NCBI RefSeq assembly: GCF_034432735.1
Contig: NZ_DAOUBJ010000071.1
Span: 1,259 to 65,258 of the forward strand
Source: Tepidiforma sp.
Lineage (GTDB): Bacteria; Chloroflexota; Dehalococcoidia; Tepidiformales; Tepidiformaceae
Direction: 5' to 3'
Length of the DNA stretch: 64,000 nt
Shown here: positions 28,712-37,897 of the stretch, piece after piece
Numbering within the stretch: position 1 is the stretch's first letter
Layout of the letters: each line of letters begins with the position of its first letter
Made by a program: the position numbers and the translations under genes
The notes under the pieces: generated by a model
What the model saw: the letters and a program-made list of their open reading frames with translations, nothing else
Told to the model about the DNA's origin: nothing
The model's database searches: none

Positions 28712-29128
28712 TCAGTGGGTGTGCTGGCCTTGGATGGGGGTGGCGAATTCGACGAGGACGCCGTGGTTGGATTTTGGGTGGAGGAAGCAGATCATGCCCG
28801 CGAGGCCGAGGCGGGGAGCCTGATCGATGAGCTCGATGCCTTTTTCGCGGGCGGCTTCGAGTTCTTTGGCGACGTCGTCGGATTCGAAGCAGATGTGGTG
28901 CATACCTTCGCCGCGGTTGGCGAGGAAGCGGGCGACGCCGGTGTCGTCACGGGTGGGCTCGAGGAGTTCGATTTCGGAGTTGCCGATCTGGAGGAGGACG
29001 CCACGGACACCTTGGTCTTCGATGACTTTGTCGGCGGTTACGGGGAGGCCGAGGGCGTCGCGGTAAAACTCGAGTGCTTTATCGGCGGAATGGACGACGA
29101 TGCCGACGTGATGGATTTTGGTGAGCAT
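28712..29128 (-). CDS. mce: methylmalonyl-CoA epimerase
   Basis: 138 aa. IHHVGIVV, IELLEP, GEGMHHICFE and HGVLVEF give a full canonical Mce ligand pattern. Confidence 0.85.
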   Translation of the reverse strand: MLTKIHHVGIVVHSADKALEFYRDALGLPVTADKVIEDQGVRGVLLQIGNSEIELLEPTRDDTGVARFLANRGEGMHHICFESDDVAKELEAAREKGIELIDQAPRLGLAGMICFLHPKSNHGVLVEFATPIQGQHTH

Positions 29129-29146
29129 GGTGGCGGGCGGTACCTC

Positions 29147-29680
29147 TCAGGATGTGGCTTCTTCGATGATGGACTGGGCGCCGGTACGACGAGCGCCTTC
29201 CATGCCGGCGAGGCGCGCGGCGATGGCGTGCCAATGTTCGCGGTCGTGGTCGATGACGGCCGTCAGGAGTTTGCGATACCTGGAGCCTTCGTCGACGAGC
29301 TCTTCGTCGGGGACGTTGGCGAGCTCTTCGAGGAGGCGGTGGCGACCGTCTTTGAGCTGGTCGAGGACGGAGAAGAAGTCGAGGCTGCGCTTGCGCTCGA
29401 CGTGTTCGCGATTCCATTCGTCGAGGCGGGAACGATTGAAGTCGTAGAGCTCGGGGCGGCGGCCTTCGCGGAGTTCGCGGATGGCGGTGACGACTTCGGC
29501 CTCCCAGCTGGCGACGTGGCCGACGATGTCTTTGACGGACCATTCGCCGATGAAGGGGCGTTCGATATCGCGGATTCGGCAGGTTTCGATGTTGCGGATG
29601 AGCTGGTTGCGCTCGAGTTCGAGCTCGGCGAGGAGGCGTCGCCGTTCGTCGGCGCGGGTGCGGATATCGTCGTCGCTCAT
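29147..29680 (-). CDS. DinB-like / ClbS-like four-helix-bundle protein
   Basis: 177 aa. WSVKDIVGHVASWE and VIDHDREHWHAI histidine pattern. The start ATG overlaps the mutase stop (TAATG). Confidence 0.6.
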   Translation of the reverse strand: MSDDDIRTRADERRRLLAELELERNQLIRNIETCRIRDIERPFIGEWSVKDIVGHVASWEAEVVTAIRELREGRRPELYDFNRSRLDEWNREHVERKRSLDFFSVLDQLKDGRHRLLEELANVPDEELVDEGSRYRKLLTAVIDHDREHWHAIAARLAGMEGARRTGAQSIIEEATS

Positions 29681-31335
29681 TAGATGAACACCGGCTCGCG
29701 CTGTTCGCCCCAGACTTTGCGGAGGCGGTGGCTGATTTCGCCAAGGGTGACGCGGTGTTCGACGGCTTCGATCATGAGGGGGAGGAGGTTTTCGGTGCCT
29801 TGGGCGGCGTGTTCGATGCGGGTGAGGAGGTGTTCGACGGCGGCGTTGTCGCGGTTGGCGCGGAGGCGGCGAAGCTTTTCGACCTGGCGCTGGCCGATGG
29901 CGGGGTCGACGCGGAGGATTTCGGGGTGCTCTTCTTCGGCGACGACGAATTCGTTGACGCCGACGATGATGCGCTCTTTGTTTTCGACCTGCATTTGGTA
30001 GCGGTAGGCGGCTTCCTGGATCTCTTTTTGTTGGAAGCCTTTTTCGATGGCAGCGAGGGCGCCGCCCATGTTATCGATGGTGGCGATGTAGTCGCGTGCT
30101 TCGGCTTCGAGGCGGTTGGTGAGGTCTTCGACGAAGTAGGAGCCGCCGAGGGGGTCGATGACATCGGCGACGCCGCTTTCGTAGGCGAGGATCTGTTGGG
30201 TGCGGAGGGCGATCTGGACGGCCTTTTCCGTGGGGAGGGCGAGGGCTTCGTCCATCGAGTTGGTGTGGAGCGATTGGGTGCCTCCGAGGACGGCGGCGAG
30301 CGCCTGGACGGTGGTGCGGACGATGTTGTTTTCGGGCTGCTGGGCGGTGAGGGTGGCGCCGCCGGTCTGGGTGTGGAAGCGGAGCATTTGCGAGCGCGGG
30401 TTTTTGGCTTGGAAGCGGTCGCGCATGATGTGGGCCCAGAGGCGGCGGGCGGCGCGGAATTTGGCGACTTCTTCGAGGAAGTTGTTGTGACAGGCGAAGA
30501 AGAAGCTGAGGCGCCCTGCGAATTCGTCGACATCGAGGCCGGCGCCGATGGCGGCTTCGACGTAGGCGATGCCGTTGGCGAGGGTGAAGGCGATTTCCTG
30601 GGCAGCGGTGCAACCGGCTTCGCGCATGTGGTAGCCGGAGATGGAGATGGTGTTCCACTGGGGGACGTGATCTTTGCAGTAGGCGAAGATGTCGGTGATG
30701 AGCCGCATGGACGGCTTGGGGGGATAGATGTAGGTGCCGCGGGCGATGTATTCCTTGAGGATGTCGTTCTGAACGGTGCCGCCGAGTTTTTCGGGTGGGA
30801 CGCCCTGGTGTTTGCCGACGGCGACGTAGAGGGCGAGGAGGATGGCGGCGGTGGCGTTGATGGTCATCGAGGTGGTGACCTGATCGAGCGGGATGCCGTC
30901 GAAGAGGGTCAACATGTCCTCGATGGAGTCGATGGCGACGCCGACTTTTCCGACCTCGCCGGCGGCCATCGGGTCATCGGAGTCGTAGCCGATTTGGGTT
31001 GGGAGGTCGAAGGCGACGGAGAGGCCGGTTTGCCCCTGGGAGAGGAGGTAGCGGTAGCGCTGGTTGGATTCTTCGGCGGTGCCGAAGCCGGCGTACTGGC
31101 GCATGGTCCAGAATCGGCCGCGGTACATCGTGGGTTGGATGCCGCGCGTGAAGGGGAATTCGCCGGGGAATCCGAGTTGGTGGACGGGGTCCCAGCCATC
31201 GAGGTCTTCCCAGGTGTAGATGGGCTCGATGGGCATGCGCCCGGTGGTTTCGAAGGAGGGCTGGCGCTCGGGTGTGCGTTGGACGGTTTTGGCGTAGGGG
31301 CCCTGCAGCCACTCGCGCTTGGTGGTGATTGGCAT
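29680..31335 (-). CDS. acyl-CoA mutase large (catalytic) subunit, methylmalonyl-CoA mutase family
   Basis: Trimmed from the 1086-aa ORF to the ATG at 31335 (MPITTKREW...). Motifs [30 protein letters not shown] and [17 protein letters not shown]. There is no B12 domain, so this is a split enzyme. Confidence 0.9.
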   Translation of the reverse strand: MPITTKREWLQGPYAKTVQRTPERQPSFETTGRMPIEPIYTWEDLDGWDPVHQLGFPGEFPFTRGIQPTMYRGRFWTMRQYAGFGTAEESNQRYRYLLSQGQTGLSVAFDLPTQIGYDSDDPMAAGEVGKVGVAIDSIEDMLTLFDGIPLDQVTTSMTINATAAILLALYVAVGKHQGVPPEKLGGTVQNDILKEYIARGTYIYPPKPSMRLITDIFAYCKDHVPQWNTISISGYHMREAGCTAAQEIAFTLANGIAYVEAAIGAGLDVDEFAGRLSFFFACHNNFLEEVAKFRAARRLWAHIMRDRFQAKNPRSQMLRFHTQTGGATLTAQQPENNIVRTTVQALAAVLGGTQSLHTNSMDEALALPTEKAVQIALRTQQILAYESGVADVIDPLGGSYFVEDLTNRLEAEARDYIATIDNMGGALAAIEKGFQQKEIQEAAYRYQMQVENKERIIVGVNEFVVAEEEHPEILRVDPAIGQRQVEKLRRLRANRDNAAVEHLLTRIEHAAQGTENLLPLMIEAVEHRVTLGEISHRLRKVWGEQREPVFI

Positions 31336-31442
31336 GCTCGTGCGACTCCGGGGACGCTTGGGCGCGTTCTGGCGAACGGCGGTGCAGTCTCCGAAGTATA
31401 GGAGCGGCCGGCGCGGGGCGGCAAACGGCAGCGGGGCGGGCC

Positions 31443-31589
31443 TCAGGGGTCGCGGGTGTCGCGTGCCTTTTCGCGCAGGCGCTGGAGGCGCTCCTCTTCG
31501 AAATCCACGATCGGACGGACGATGGCGAGGCGGCGCCGCCGTTCGTGGAGTTCGTCGTCGTAGGTGTGGATGCGCAGTGCGTGTCCCAT
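31443..31589 (-). CDS. possible small ORF (48 aa), unknown function
   Basis: Not in the ORF track (<60 aa). [54 protein letters not shown]. Third-codon positions are strongly G/C like real genes here. Sits upstream of the mutase gene on the same strand. Confidence 0.3.
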   Translation of the reverse strand: MGHALRIHTYDDELHERRRRLAIVRPIVDFEEERLQRLREKARDTRDP

Positions 31590-31803
31590 ATGTGGATGTT
31601 CGGCTGGCCATGGGGGTTGGGCAATGCGGGATTGGCCCGATTTGCGGCGGTGGTGGTTGGCAGGACCATGCGGGACGCATGGAGGGGGACTTGGGGTATG
31701 CGAGGGGCAATGTTAGGGGCTTTACCTCTTGACAAATGGCCATATAATCTGCGCCACCATCCGGCTGGGTGCCGGTGAAGGTTTGGATGAGATTAGGGAA
31801 ACG

Positions 31804-32559
31804 ATGGCGGAATCCACGGCGCGCCGATTCCTGAGCTGTCTGTTGGTGGCAAGCGATTCGCTGGAGACGCGCGCATTCGTGCGTGCGCTGCATGCCGGCG
31901 GGCTGGCGGTGCTCGAGCGGGAGCCGGGTGAGTCGGCGCTTCGGATGGCGGAGTCGGGGGAGTTCGATATCGTGGTGCGGGCGTTCGACGGCGATGGGGT
32001 GGCGGGGCTGGTGGACGTGGCGCGGCTGGGGACGAGCGGACGCCCGGTGGTGGCGGTGTTTTCGGAAGCGAGGCCGGAGCTGGTGGCAGAGGCTTTCGCG
32101 GCGGGGGCGGATGCCTGTATGGAGCTGGGGGCCGATGCACGGGTGATTGTGGCGCAGGTGCACGCGGTGTTGCGGCGGGCCGGCGCGTATGCTGCAGCGG
32201 CAGTTGGTGACTGCGGGGTCCTTCAGGTCGGGGACCTGGTGGTCGATTGTGATCGATGCGAGGTGCAGCGCGGGGGGATGGTGGTCCCGCTGACCGCTGC
32301 GGAGTTCCGGATTGTGGAGTTCATGGCCCGCAACTGTGGGCGGGTGCTGAGGCCCCACGAAATCTTGAACGCCGTATCGGACGAGTACCGCTATCTTCCT
32401 CGGGAAGCACAGGACGTGTTCAAGGTCTACGTCCGCCGAATTCGGCGGAAGCTCGAGCCAGATGAAGAGCAGCCGCAGTACCTCGTTACGGTGCGAGGGT
32501 TCGGCTACCGGCTCGAGGGCGGTCGGCAGCGGGTGATGCCGGCGGCGCGGGAGGCCTGA
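31804..32559 (+). CDS. OmpR-family response regulator with atypical receiver domain
   Basis: Trimmed to the ATG at 31804. The C-terminal winged helix is clear ([40 protein letters not shown]). Receiver-like N-terminus with non-canonical acidic pocket, acceptor and Lys positions. Confidence 0.8.
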   Translation: MAESTARRFLSCLLVASDSLETRAFVRALHAGGLAVLEREPGESALRMAESGEFDIVVRAFDGDGVAGLVDVARLGTSGRPVVAVFSEARPELVAEAFAAGADACMELGADARVIVAQVHAVLRRAGAYAAAAVGDCGVLQVGDLVVDCDRCEVQRGGMVVPLTAAEFRIVEFMARNCGRVLRPHEILNAVSDEYRYLPREAQDVFKVYVRRIRRKLEPDEEQPQYLVTVRGFGYRLEGGRQRVMPAAREA

Positions 32560-32604
32560 GGCGCGCCCACGGCTCCCGGGCGCTGGCCTCCCTGGAAGGT
32601 TGAC

Positions 32605-33159
32605 GTGGGAGAGCACGACGACGACGCTGAGGATGTGATCCTCGAGCGCCTGCAGGAAGCGGCTTCGGGCGATGCGACGGTGCGCCAGCTTCGTCGGCGG
32701 TACGACCTGCTGCGACAGGACTACGAGCGGCTGCTGGATAGGTTGGGCGAGTTGGAGGAGCGGCTGCACGCGGCATCGCGCGGGAGCGAACCGGCGTCGG
32801 GGGTTGCTGGCACGCTGGCCGAGGCCATCGCGGCGCCACTGCTGGAGCTGAGGAAGGAGTACCTGGCGGCAGCGGCGAGCATCGCGCAGGTGGTGGCCGG
32901 GCTGGAGGGGCTGGCCGGGGGGCTGAAGGGCCAACACCACGCCCGTGGGGCCGGGGAGGAGGCGGCTCCGAGCGGTGGTGGGGAGCGGGTGGAGCCGCGG
33001 AGCCGGCGGGTACAGGTGGACGTGCGGGGGAGCGGGTTCGGGGAGCTGTTGGACTTTCAGGAGCGACTTTCGACGCTGCCTGGCGTGGCCCGTGTCTCGA
33101 TCAACGCCATCGATAACGAGCGGGCGACGTTGATCGTGGAGCTGGAGCGGACGGTGTAG
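32605..33159 (+). CDS. hypothetical protein, N-terminal coiled coil plus small C-terminal alpha/beta domain
   Basis: 184 aa, GTG start, good GC3 bias. Heptad-like [19 protein letters not shown]; C-terminal [46 protein letters not shown]. No family recognised. Confidence 0.6.
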   Translation: MGEHDDDAEDVILERLQEAASGDATVRQLRRRYDLLRQDYERLLDRLGELEERLHAASRGSEPASGVAGTLAEAIAAPLLELRKEYLAAAASIAQVVAGLEGLAGGLKGQHHARGAGEEAAPSGGGERVEPRSRRVQVDVRGSGFGELLDFQERLSTLPGVARVSINAIDNERATLIVELERTV

Positions 33160-33213
33160 CTGGCGCTCGGGTAGACTCTGCCGCGTCCCGGCTGCGGCCG
33201 GACGGAGGCCCGG

Positions 33214-33567
33214 ATGGATATCGAACGGTTCAATGCGGAGTGGCTTCGGGCGTGGACGGAGAAGGACGTGCCGCGGTTGCTGGAGTTCTACGCCCCGGAT
33301 GTGGAGTACCGGGATTCGCAGGTGCCGATGGGACTGAAGGGTTTGGCGGCGCTGAGGGGGTATCTGGAGGGGCTATTCGCGGCGACGCCGCCGATGGCGT
33401 ACGAACCGGACGAGGTGTGGCCGCTTCCGGGGGGCTACTGCGGTCGCTGGTATTGTACGATCTCCTTGCCGGACGGCTCGAAGAAGCGGATGCGGGGTTT
33501 CGACCTGGTGGTGCTCGACGGCGACCGGATCGTGTTCAACGAGGTGTACACGCACGCGTTGCCGTAG
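33214..33567 (+). CDS. SnoaL-like / NTF2-fold protein
   Basis: 117 aa. N-terminal [29 protein letters not shown] is typical of SnoaL-like cone-fold proteins. Confidence 0.7.
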   Translation: MDIERFNAEWLRAWTEKDVPRLLEFYAPDVEYRDSQVPMGLKGLAALRGYLEGLFAATPPMAYEPDEVWPLPGGYCGRWYCTISLPDGSKKRMRGFDLVVLDGDRIVFNEVYTHALP

Positions 33568-33574
33568 CGGCGAT

Positions 33575-34711
33575 TCAGCCCTGCCTGAGCTGCCGGAAGA
33601 AGGTGATGACGTCGGCGGCGAGGAGGGCAGGTTGTTCGAGGGCTGCGAAGTGGCCACCGCGCGGCATTTCGGTCCAGTGGACGATGTTGAACCGCTGTTC
33701 GGCCCAGTGACGCGGGACTCGCCATGGCTCGCGGGGGAAGACGGCGACGCCGGTCGGGACTTCGACGCGCGGGTAGACGAAGCCGGCCGGGTCGCGGCGG
33801 GCTTCGTAGTAGATGCGCGCTGCGCTGGCGATGCTGTTGGGGGCCCAGTAGAACATGAGGTTGGTGATGAGGACGTCTTTGGGGAATGTTTTTTCGATGT
33901 GCTCGCCGATGTCGGCCCAGGTGTGGAACTTTTCGATGATCCAGGCGGCGAGTCCGGCGGGGGAATCCGACTGGGCGAGGGTGAGGGAATCGGGCTTGGT
34001 GCCCTGTACGAGGGAGTAGCCGGTTTCGTTGGCCTGGAAGGCTTCGCGATCGGCGATGCGCCGGCGGTCGTCGTCGGTGGGATTGGCGGGTGGCTGGACA
34101 AAGAGGAAGTTGAGGTGGGCGCCGACGACGTGTTGGGGGTAGGCGGAGGCCATTTTGGCGGAGACGATACCGCACCAGTCCCCGCCTTGGACGCCGTACT
34201 GGTGGTAGCCGAGCTCGCGGGTCATGAGGGTGTGGAAGGCTGCGGCGATGCGCGAGATGCCCCAGCCGCGCTGGCGGGGTTTGCCGCCGAAGCCGAATCC
34301 GGGAAGGGAGGGGATGACGAGGTCGAACGCGTCGGCGTCGGTGTGGCCGTGGGCTGCGGGGTTCACGAGGCGGTCGATGATGAAGTAGAACTCGAAGATG
34401 GAGCCGGGCCAGCCGTGGATGAGGAGGAGGGGGAGGGCGGCGGGTTTGCCGCTGCGAATGTGCCAGAAGTGGATATCGACGCCGTCGATTTCGGCGAGGA
34501 AGCCGGGATGACGGTTCAGGTGGCCTTCGTGGAGGCGCCAGTCGTAGCTTTCGGCCCAGTAGTCGCAGAGCTGGCGGATGTAGGTGAGGTTGGCGCCGTA
34601 GTCCCACCCTGCGTCTTCGAACTGCTCGGGCCAGCGGGTGCGTCGGAGGCGATCACGAAGGTCATGAAGGACTTCGTCGGAGACGTGGATGGTGAAGGGG
34701 CGGATGCTCAT
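33575..34711 (-). CDS. epoxide hydrolase (microsomal-type, N-terminal EHN domain plus alpha/beta hydrolase)
   Basis: Trimmed to the ATG at 34711 (MSIRPFTIHVSDEVLHDLRDRL...). Has the HGWPGS oxyanion motif and GGDWG nucleophile region. Confidence 0.85.
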   Translation of the reverse strand: MSIRPFTIHVSDEVLHDLRDRLRRTRWPEQFEDAGWDYGANLTYIRQLCDYWAESYDWRLHEGHLNRHPGFLAEIDGVDIHFWHIRSGKPAALPLLLIHGWPGSIFEFYFIIDRLVNPAAHGHTDADAFDLVIPSLPGFGFGGKPRQRGWGISRIAAAFHTLMTRELGYHQYGVQGGDWCGIVSAKMASAYPQHVVGAHLNFLFVQPPANPTDDDRRRIADREAFQANETGYSLVQGTKPDSLTLAQSDSPAGLAAWIIEKFHTWADIGEHIEKTFPKDVLITNLMFYWAPNSIASAARIYYEARRDPAGFVYPRVEVPTGVAVFPREPWRVPRHWAEQRFNIVHWTEMPRGGHFAALEQPALLAADVITFFRQLRQG

Positions 34712-34788
34712 GGCGGGGAATGATACTGCCCGGTGAGGCGGGATGCCTTGACCAGTCTGCGAGAGTGAACCTAGCATGAGGAGCCAGC

Positions 34789-34864
34789 GCTGAGGTAGCT
34801 CAGTTGGTAGAGCACGGCACTGAAAATGCCGGTGTCCTCGGTTCGATCCCGAGCCTCAGCACCA
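34789..34864 (+). tRNA. tRNA-Phe (anticodon GAA)
   Basis: Hand-folded. Acceptor GCTGAGG/CCTCAGC, D arm GCTC..GAGC, anticodon stem CGGCA/TGCCG with loop CTGAAAA, T arm CTCGG-TTCGATC-CCGAG, encoded CCA. Confidence 0.9.
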
Positions 34865-34880
34865 GTGAGTCGTGGACGCG

Positions 34881-34901
34881 GGCCCGGCAGTGTGCCGGGC
34901 C
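34881..34901 (+). terminator. hairpin immediately downstream of tRNA-Phe
   Basis: GGCCCGGCA-gtg-TGCCGGGCC perfect 9-bp stem 17 nt after the tRNA 3' end. No clear U-tract. Confidence 0.4.
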
Positions 34902-35199
34902 TGTCGCGTTGGTGGACGAGGCCTCGCTTGGGCGAACGGGGAGCGGCGCCTGATCTCTCCCGGGCCGGAATCAGTCCATACCCGCGCGGACGACGCGATT
35001 GCCGCGGCGACGGTAAGCGATTCTGCACCCAAGAGCGCGGCGTGTGCATGCTGCAGCCTCGTGCGCAGCATCCGCAAAAGAATTCCCGTTCAGCGTCCTT
35101 ACTGGTCTTCTCCAAATCCAACTGCCGCTTGGTCCCGCCGACCTCAACACCAGCCTCATCCATGGTGACCATCCACCCTGTCAAGAAGCGGCGGTCACC

Positions 35200-35719
35200 G
35201 AGGGCATCGAAGCCATGTTCCGGGAGGAGCCGTTCATGTCCCGCACCTGGGTGGAGGCGAACAAGCGGCTCGGAAGTGAGAAGCCGGCCCTGGAGAAGCA
35301 GATCGGGAAGATCGAGGCGCAGGCCGCAAAACACAAGCGGCGATGGACCGCTACTTCGAGGCCTTCGAGGCGGGGACGTTCCAGGCCGAGCTCTGCAACG
35401 AGAAGAAACGCGACATTCGCACCCGCCTGGAGGAGCTGGAAGCCGGGAAGCGGGACCTCGAGGCCCGGCCCGAGCGACAGGAGCTGCGGGCCCTCGACCG
35501 GGAGACGTTCGCGGCGCTGGTGAAGAACTTCGAGAGGGTGCTATCCGACGACCCGGCCCCCCAACGAAGCACATCGTCAGCCAAATGGTGAAGAAGGTGC
35601 TGGTCCTGGATCGACGAACTGTGGAGGTCTGGTGCGGGTTGTCGAACCCCCAGCGGTTCGAAGATTGGAACGAATGGCTCCCGGCACCGGGGGAAGACCC
35701 GAACATTTCTGACGTTTAG
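35200..35719 (+). pseudogene. remnant of a large serine recombinase gene (C-terminal region only, frameshifted)
   Basis: Recombinase-like C-terminal coiled-coil and tail sequence is split over three + frames. The pieces are ...WVEANKRLGSEKPALEKQIGKIEAQAAKHKRR / DRYFEAFEAGTFQAELCNEKKRDIRTRLEELEAGKRDLEAR...FAALVKNFERVL / KHIVSQMVKKVLVLDRRTVEVWCGL. No catalytic resolvase domain is present. The 5' boundary is approximate. Confidence 0.5.
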
Positions 35720-35887
35720 CGTCCTCGCCACGGCTGACCGTCGCAAGCGCCGTGCCCGCTGGCGGGCGGTGATTCAGGCGGGAGCGTAAGCGTAGGGCAC
35801 CGTGCCCGATGCCCAACGGCCAAGCACGGCTTCCCCAGCGATGCGAGAGGCAGCTACTGGAGCATACCGGGCTTGCCAGTGAAGCTC

Positions 35888-36820
35888 CTACTGAGGCGCC
35901 TGCTCACCGACCGCGGAGCAAGACGTAATCCGGAGCGCCTTTTCGATACGGCGCCGCGGACGGAGGACGCGCTGGAGTCGAAACACGTCCGACACATGCC
36001 CTTCAATGAACCCTTGCATAGGGAACGGCTCCCTATGCTGCACGAGGGGGTCCAGTCTGAGCTTCCGCTCCGGCCTGGTGTTGGTGTACTTGCCGGCACC
36101 CACCAGCTCCACGCCATCTCCCGACTCCAGATCCGGTACCAGGAGCGTGAACTTGCCTGTCGCGCGCACGTTCCCCGCGCTCTTGAAGATCCCGTCTCCC
36201 ACATACTCCGGCCACGAGAGCACACCGGTAGCTGGGTTCAGCGTGAGGAACCCTGCTGGCCCTCCGCGATGGGCGACATCCGGCCCGCCATCGGGACTGA
36301 TGCTGGCTAGGAATGAGGTTTCTGCCCGCGCCAGCAGATCGGTCAGCCACGGGTCATCGAGGGCTATCCGGTGGCGTGACTCAGGTCCCAGCTGGGGCGG
36401 TTCTCCCAGAGATAGGGATGGAGCGATGTACTTGCGGCAGAGGGTGAACGTTTCTGACGCCGTCAACTCGTTGGTACTGCCCTGCCTGGCCATGACGCCG
36501 TTGAGCCGTGCCCTTCGCGCCCGGGCCATGCTGATGGCCAGCCCCCCACATCGGCCCAGCGGAAGACGATCCGATATGGCGGCAGGGAACCGAAGTCTCA
36601 CATCCGGGCCATCGACGACTTCCACAAGCGGGGGCGCGCCCGAGAGCACTGAGAAGCGTAGCGTCTCCGCCTCGACAAGGGTCGCCAGGAGAATGAGATC
36701 AGCATCGTGGGCGAACTCGGCGACCGGGCCCACCCAGTGGGCTAGCTTCTCGGCGACATGCGTCGTCTTCGCCTCCTCCTGGATGGACCGCTGGCCCGCG
36801 TGATATCTGAGGGGTGGCAT
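35888..36820 (-). CDS. pyridoxamine 5'-phosphate oxidase-like FMN-binding family protein
   Basis: Trimmed to the ATG at 36820 (MPPLRYHAGQRSIQEE...). The C-terminal part, FLASISPDGGPDVAHRGGPAGFL ... GNVRATGKFTLLVPD, resembles a split-barrel FMN-binding fold. Confidence 0.6.
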   Translation of the reverse strand: MPPLRYHAGQRSIQEEAKTTHVAEKLAHWVGPVAEFAHDADLILLATLVEAETLRFSVLSGAPPLVEVVDGPDVRLRFPAAISDRLPLGRCGGLAISMARARRARLNGVMARQGSTNELTASETFTLCRKYIAPSLSLGEPPQLGPESRHRIALDDPWLTDLLARAETSFLASISPDGGPDVAHRGGPAGFLTLNPATGVLSWPEYVGDGIFKSAGNVRATGKFTLLVPDLESGDGVELVGAGKYTNTRPERKLRLDPLVQHREPFPMQGFIEGHVSDVFRLQRVLRPRRRIEKALRITSCSAVGEQAPQ

Positions 36821-36843
36821 GGAAGCTGCTCCTCGGTCAGGGC

Positions 36844-37203
36844 CTACCCGCCCTTGGCGTATTTGCTGGCGCCATACCAGTCGACCACGACGACTGGTTC
36901 GTCGCCGACGACCCAAGCGTCGTGGCCCTTAGGCAGGGAAGTCACGTCCCCAGGCCCGGCGATGAACTCCGTGCCGTCGTCCATCCGGATCGCAAGCCTG
37001 CCGCTGATGTGATATTGGAAGTGCGGCGCTTCACAGCTAGCCGTGCCGGCGATGGGCTTCACGTCGTTCGACCAACGCCAGCCAGGCTGGAAGATCAGCC
37101 GGCCCACCTGGCCGCCCCCGAGGTTCAGGATCTCAGCCCGGCCATTTGGAAACTCCCTGACCTCATCCGGGGTCTGAAAGGCCTTGTGCTGCGTCTCTTG
37201 CAC
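36844..37203 (-). CDS. cupin domain-containing protein
   Basis: 119 aa with a small beta-barrel pattern (HFQYHISGRLAIRMDDGTEFIAGPGDV). Divergent from the TetR gene. Confidence 0.7.
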   Translation of the reverse strand: MQETQHKAFQTPDEVREFPNGRAEILNLGGGQVGRLIFQPGWRWSNDVKPIAGTASCEAPHFQYHISGRLAIRMDDGTEFIAGPGDVTSLPKGHDAWVVGDEPVVVVDWYGASKYAKGG

Positions 37204-37240
37204 GGTGCTCTTCCTCCTCTCGCGCTTTCGAGGGACGCTA

Positions 37241-37258
37241 ATCTACTAGTAGGTAGAT
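37241..37258. promoter_or_regulatory. candidate TetR operator in the cupin/TetR divergent intergenic region
   Basis: ATCTAC-TAGTAG-GTAGAT has inverted outer arms and contains the perfect palindrome CTACTAGTAG. It lies in an AT-rich 79-bp gap between divergent starts at 37203 and 37283. Confidence 0.35.
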
Positions 37259-37282
37259 GTCAAGTGGGCTCCCATGTAAAAT

Positions 37283-37897
37283 TTGACTTGTATGGCAAGA
37301 AAGCCGCAGCAGTCACGCTCCAATACACGCACGCGGATCCTCGACATCGCCGAAAGGCTGGTTCAGCGTCGGGGCTTCAACGGGTTCAGCTACGCAGACA
37401 TCGCTGCCCAGCTTGGCATCACCACCGCCACCCTCCACTACCACTTTGCCGGCAAGGCAGAGCTGGGGCGGGCACTTATCGCGCGGTACACTGGGCGCTT
37501 CATGGACGAGCTGGCCAGCATCGATGCCCGTTTTCCTGACGCTCGCGCCCGGTTGGAGGCTTATGCCAACCTCTACGCCGCCATCCTGCAAGAGCAGCGC
37601 TTCTGCCTTTGCGGCATGCTGGCGGCCGAATACGAGACCCTACCGAAGCCAATGCGCGAGGCGGTCATCGAGTTCTTTGACCAGAACGAAGCCTGGCTTA
37701 TCCAAGTCCTGGGGCTGGGACAGAAACAGGGTACAGTGCGCTTCACCGGCTCCGCAGCCGACGCTGCGCGAATGGTCATGGGTGCTCTTGAAGGCGCAAT
37801 GCTCGTCGCGCGACCCTATGGCGAGGTTAGGCGCTTCAGGACCGCAGCAGCCCAGTTGCTGATGAGCCTCGCCAAGACGACCCCTGTGGAGTCCTAG
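37283..37897 (+). CDS. TetR/AcrR family transcriptional regulator
   Basis: N-terminal HTH RILDIAERLVQRRGFNGFSYADIAAQLGITTATLHYHF. 204 aa. Confidence 0.9.
   Translation: MTCMARKPQQSRSNTRTRILDIAERLVQRRGFNGFSYADIAAQLGITTATLHYHFAGKAELGRALIARYTGRFMDELASIDARFPDARARLEAYANLYAAILQEQRFCLCGMLAAEYETLPKPMREAVIEFFDQNEAWLIQVLGLGQKQGTVRFTGSAADAARMVMGALEGAMLVARPYGEVRRFRTAAAQLLMSLAKTTPVES

Noticed and set aside
31336-31442. Possible cobalamin riboswitch in the leader of the B12-dependent mutase gene
   Set aside because: Read the minus-strand leader and found no B12-box-like core (GCCACTG-type) or obvious multi-stem junction. Only an Infernal scan could fully exclude it.
31729-31748. TTGACA and TATAAT hexamers as a single sigma-70 promoter for the response-regulator gene
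   Set aside because: The spacer is only 8 nt, incompatible with one promoter. Kept only as an AT-rich or palindromic curiosity in a finding.
31336-32940. N-terminal 535 aa of the 1086-aa ORF 29680..32940 (would give a giant mutase)
   Set aside because: The extension runs through an intergenic region and antisense to the response-regulator gene, and is Arg/Pro-rich. Mutase homology begins exactly at the internal ATG at 31335 (MPITTKREW).
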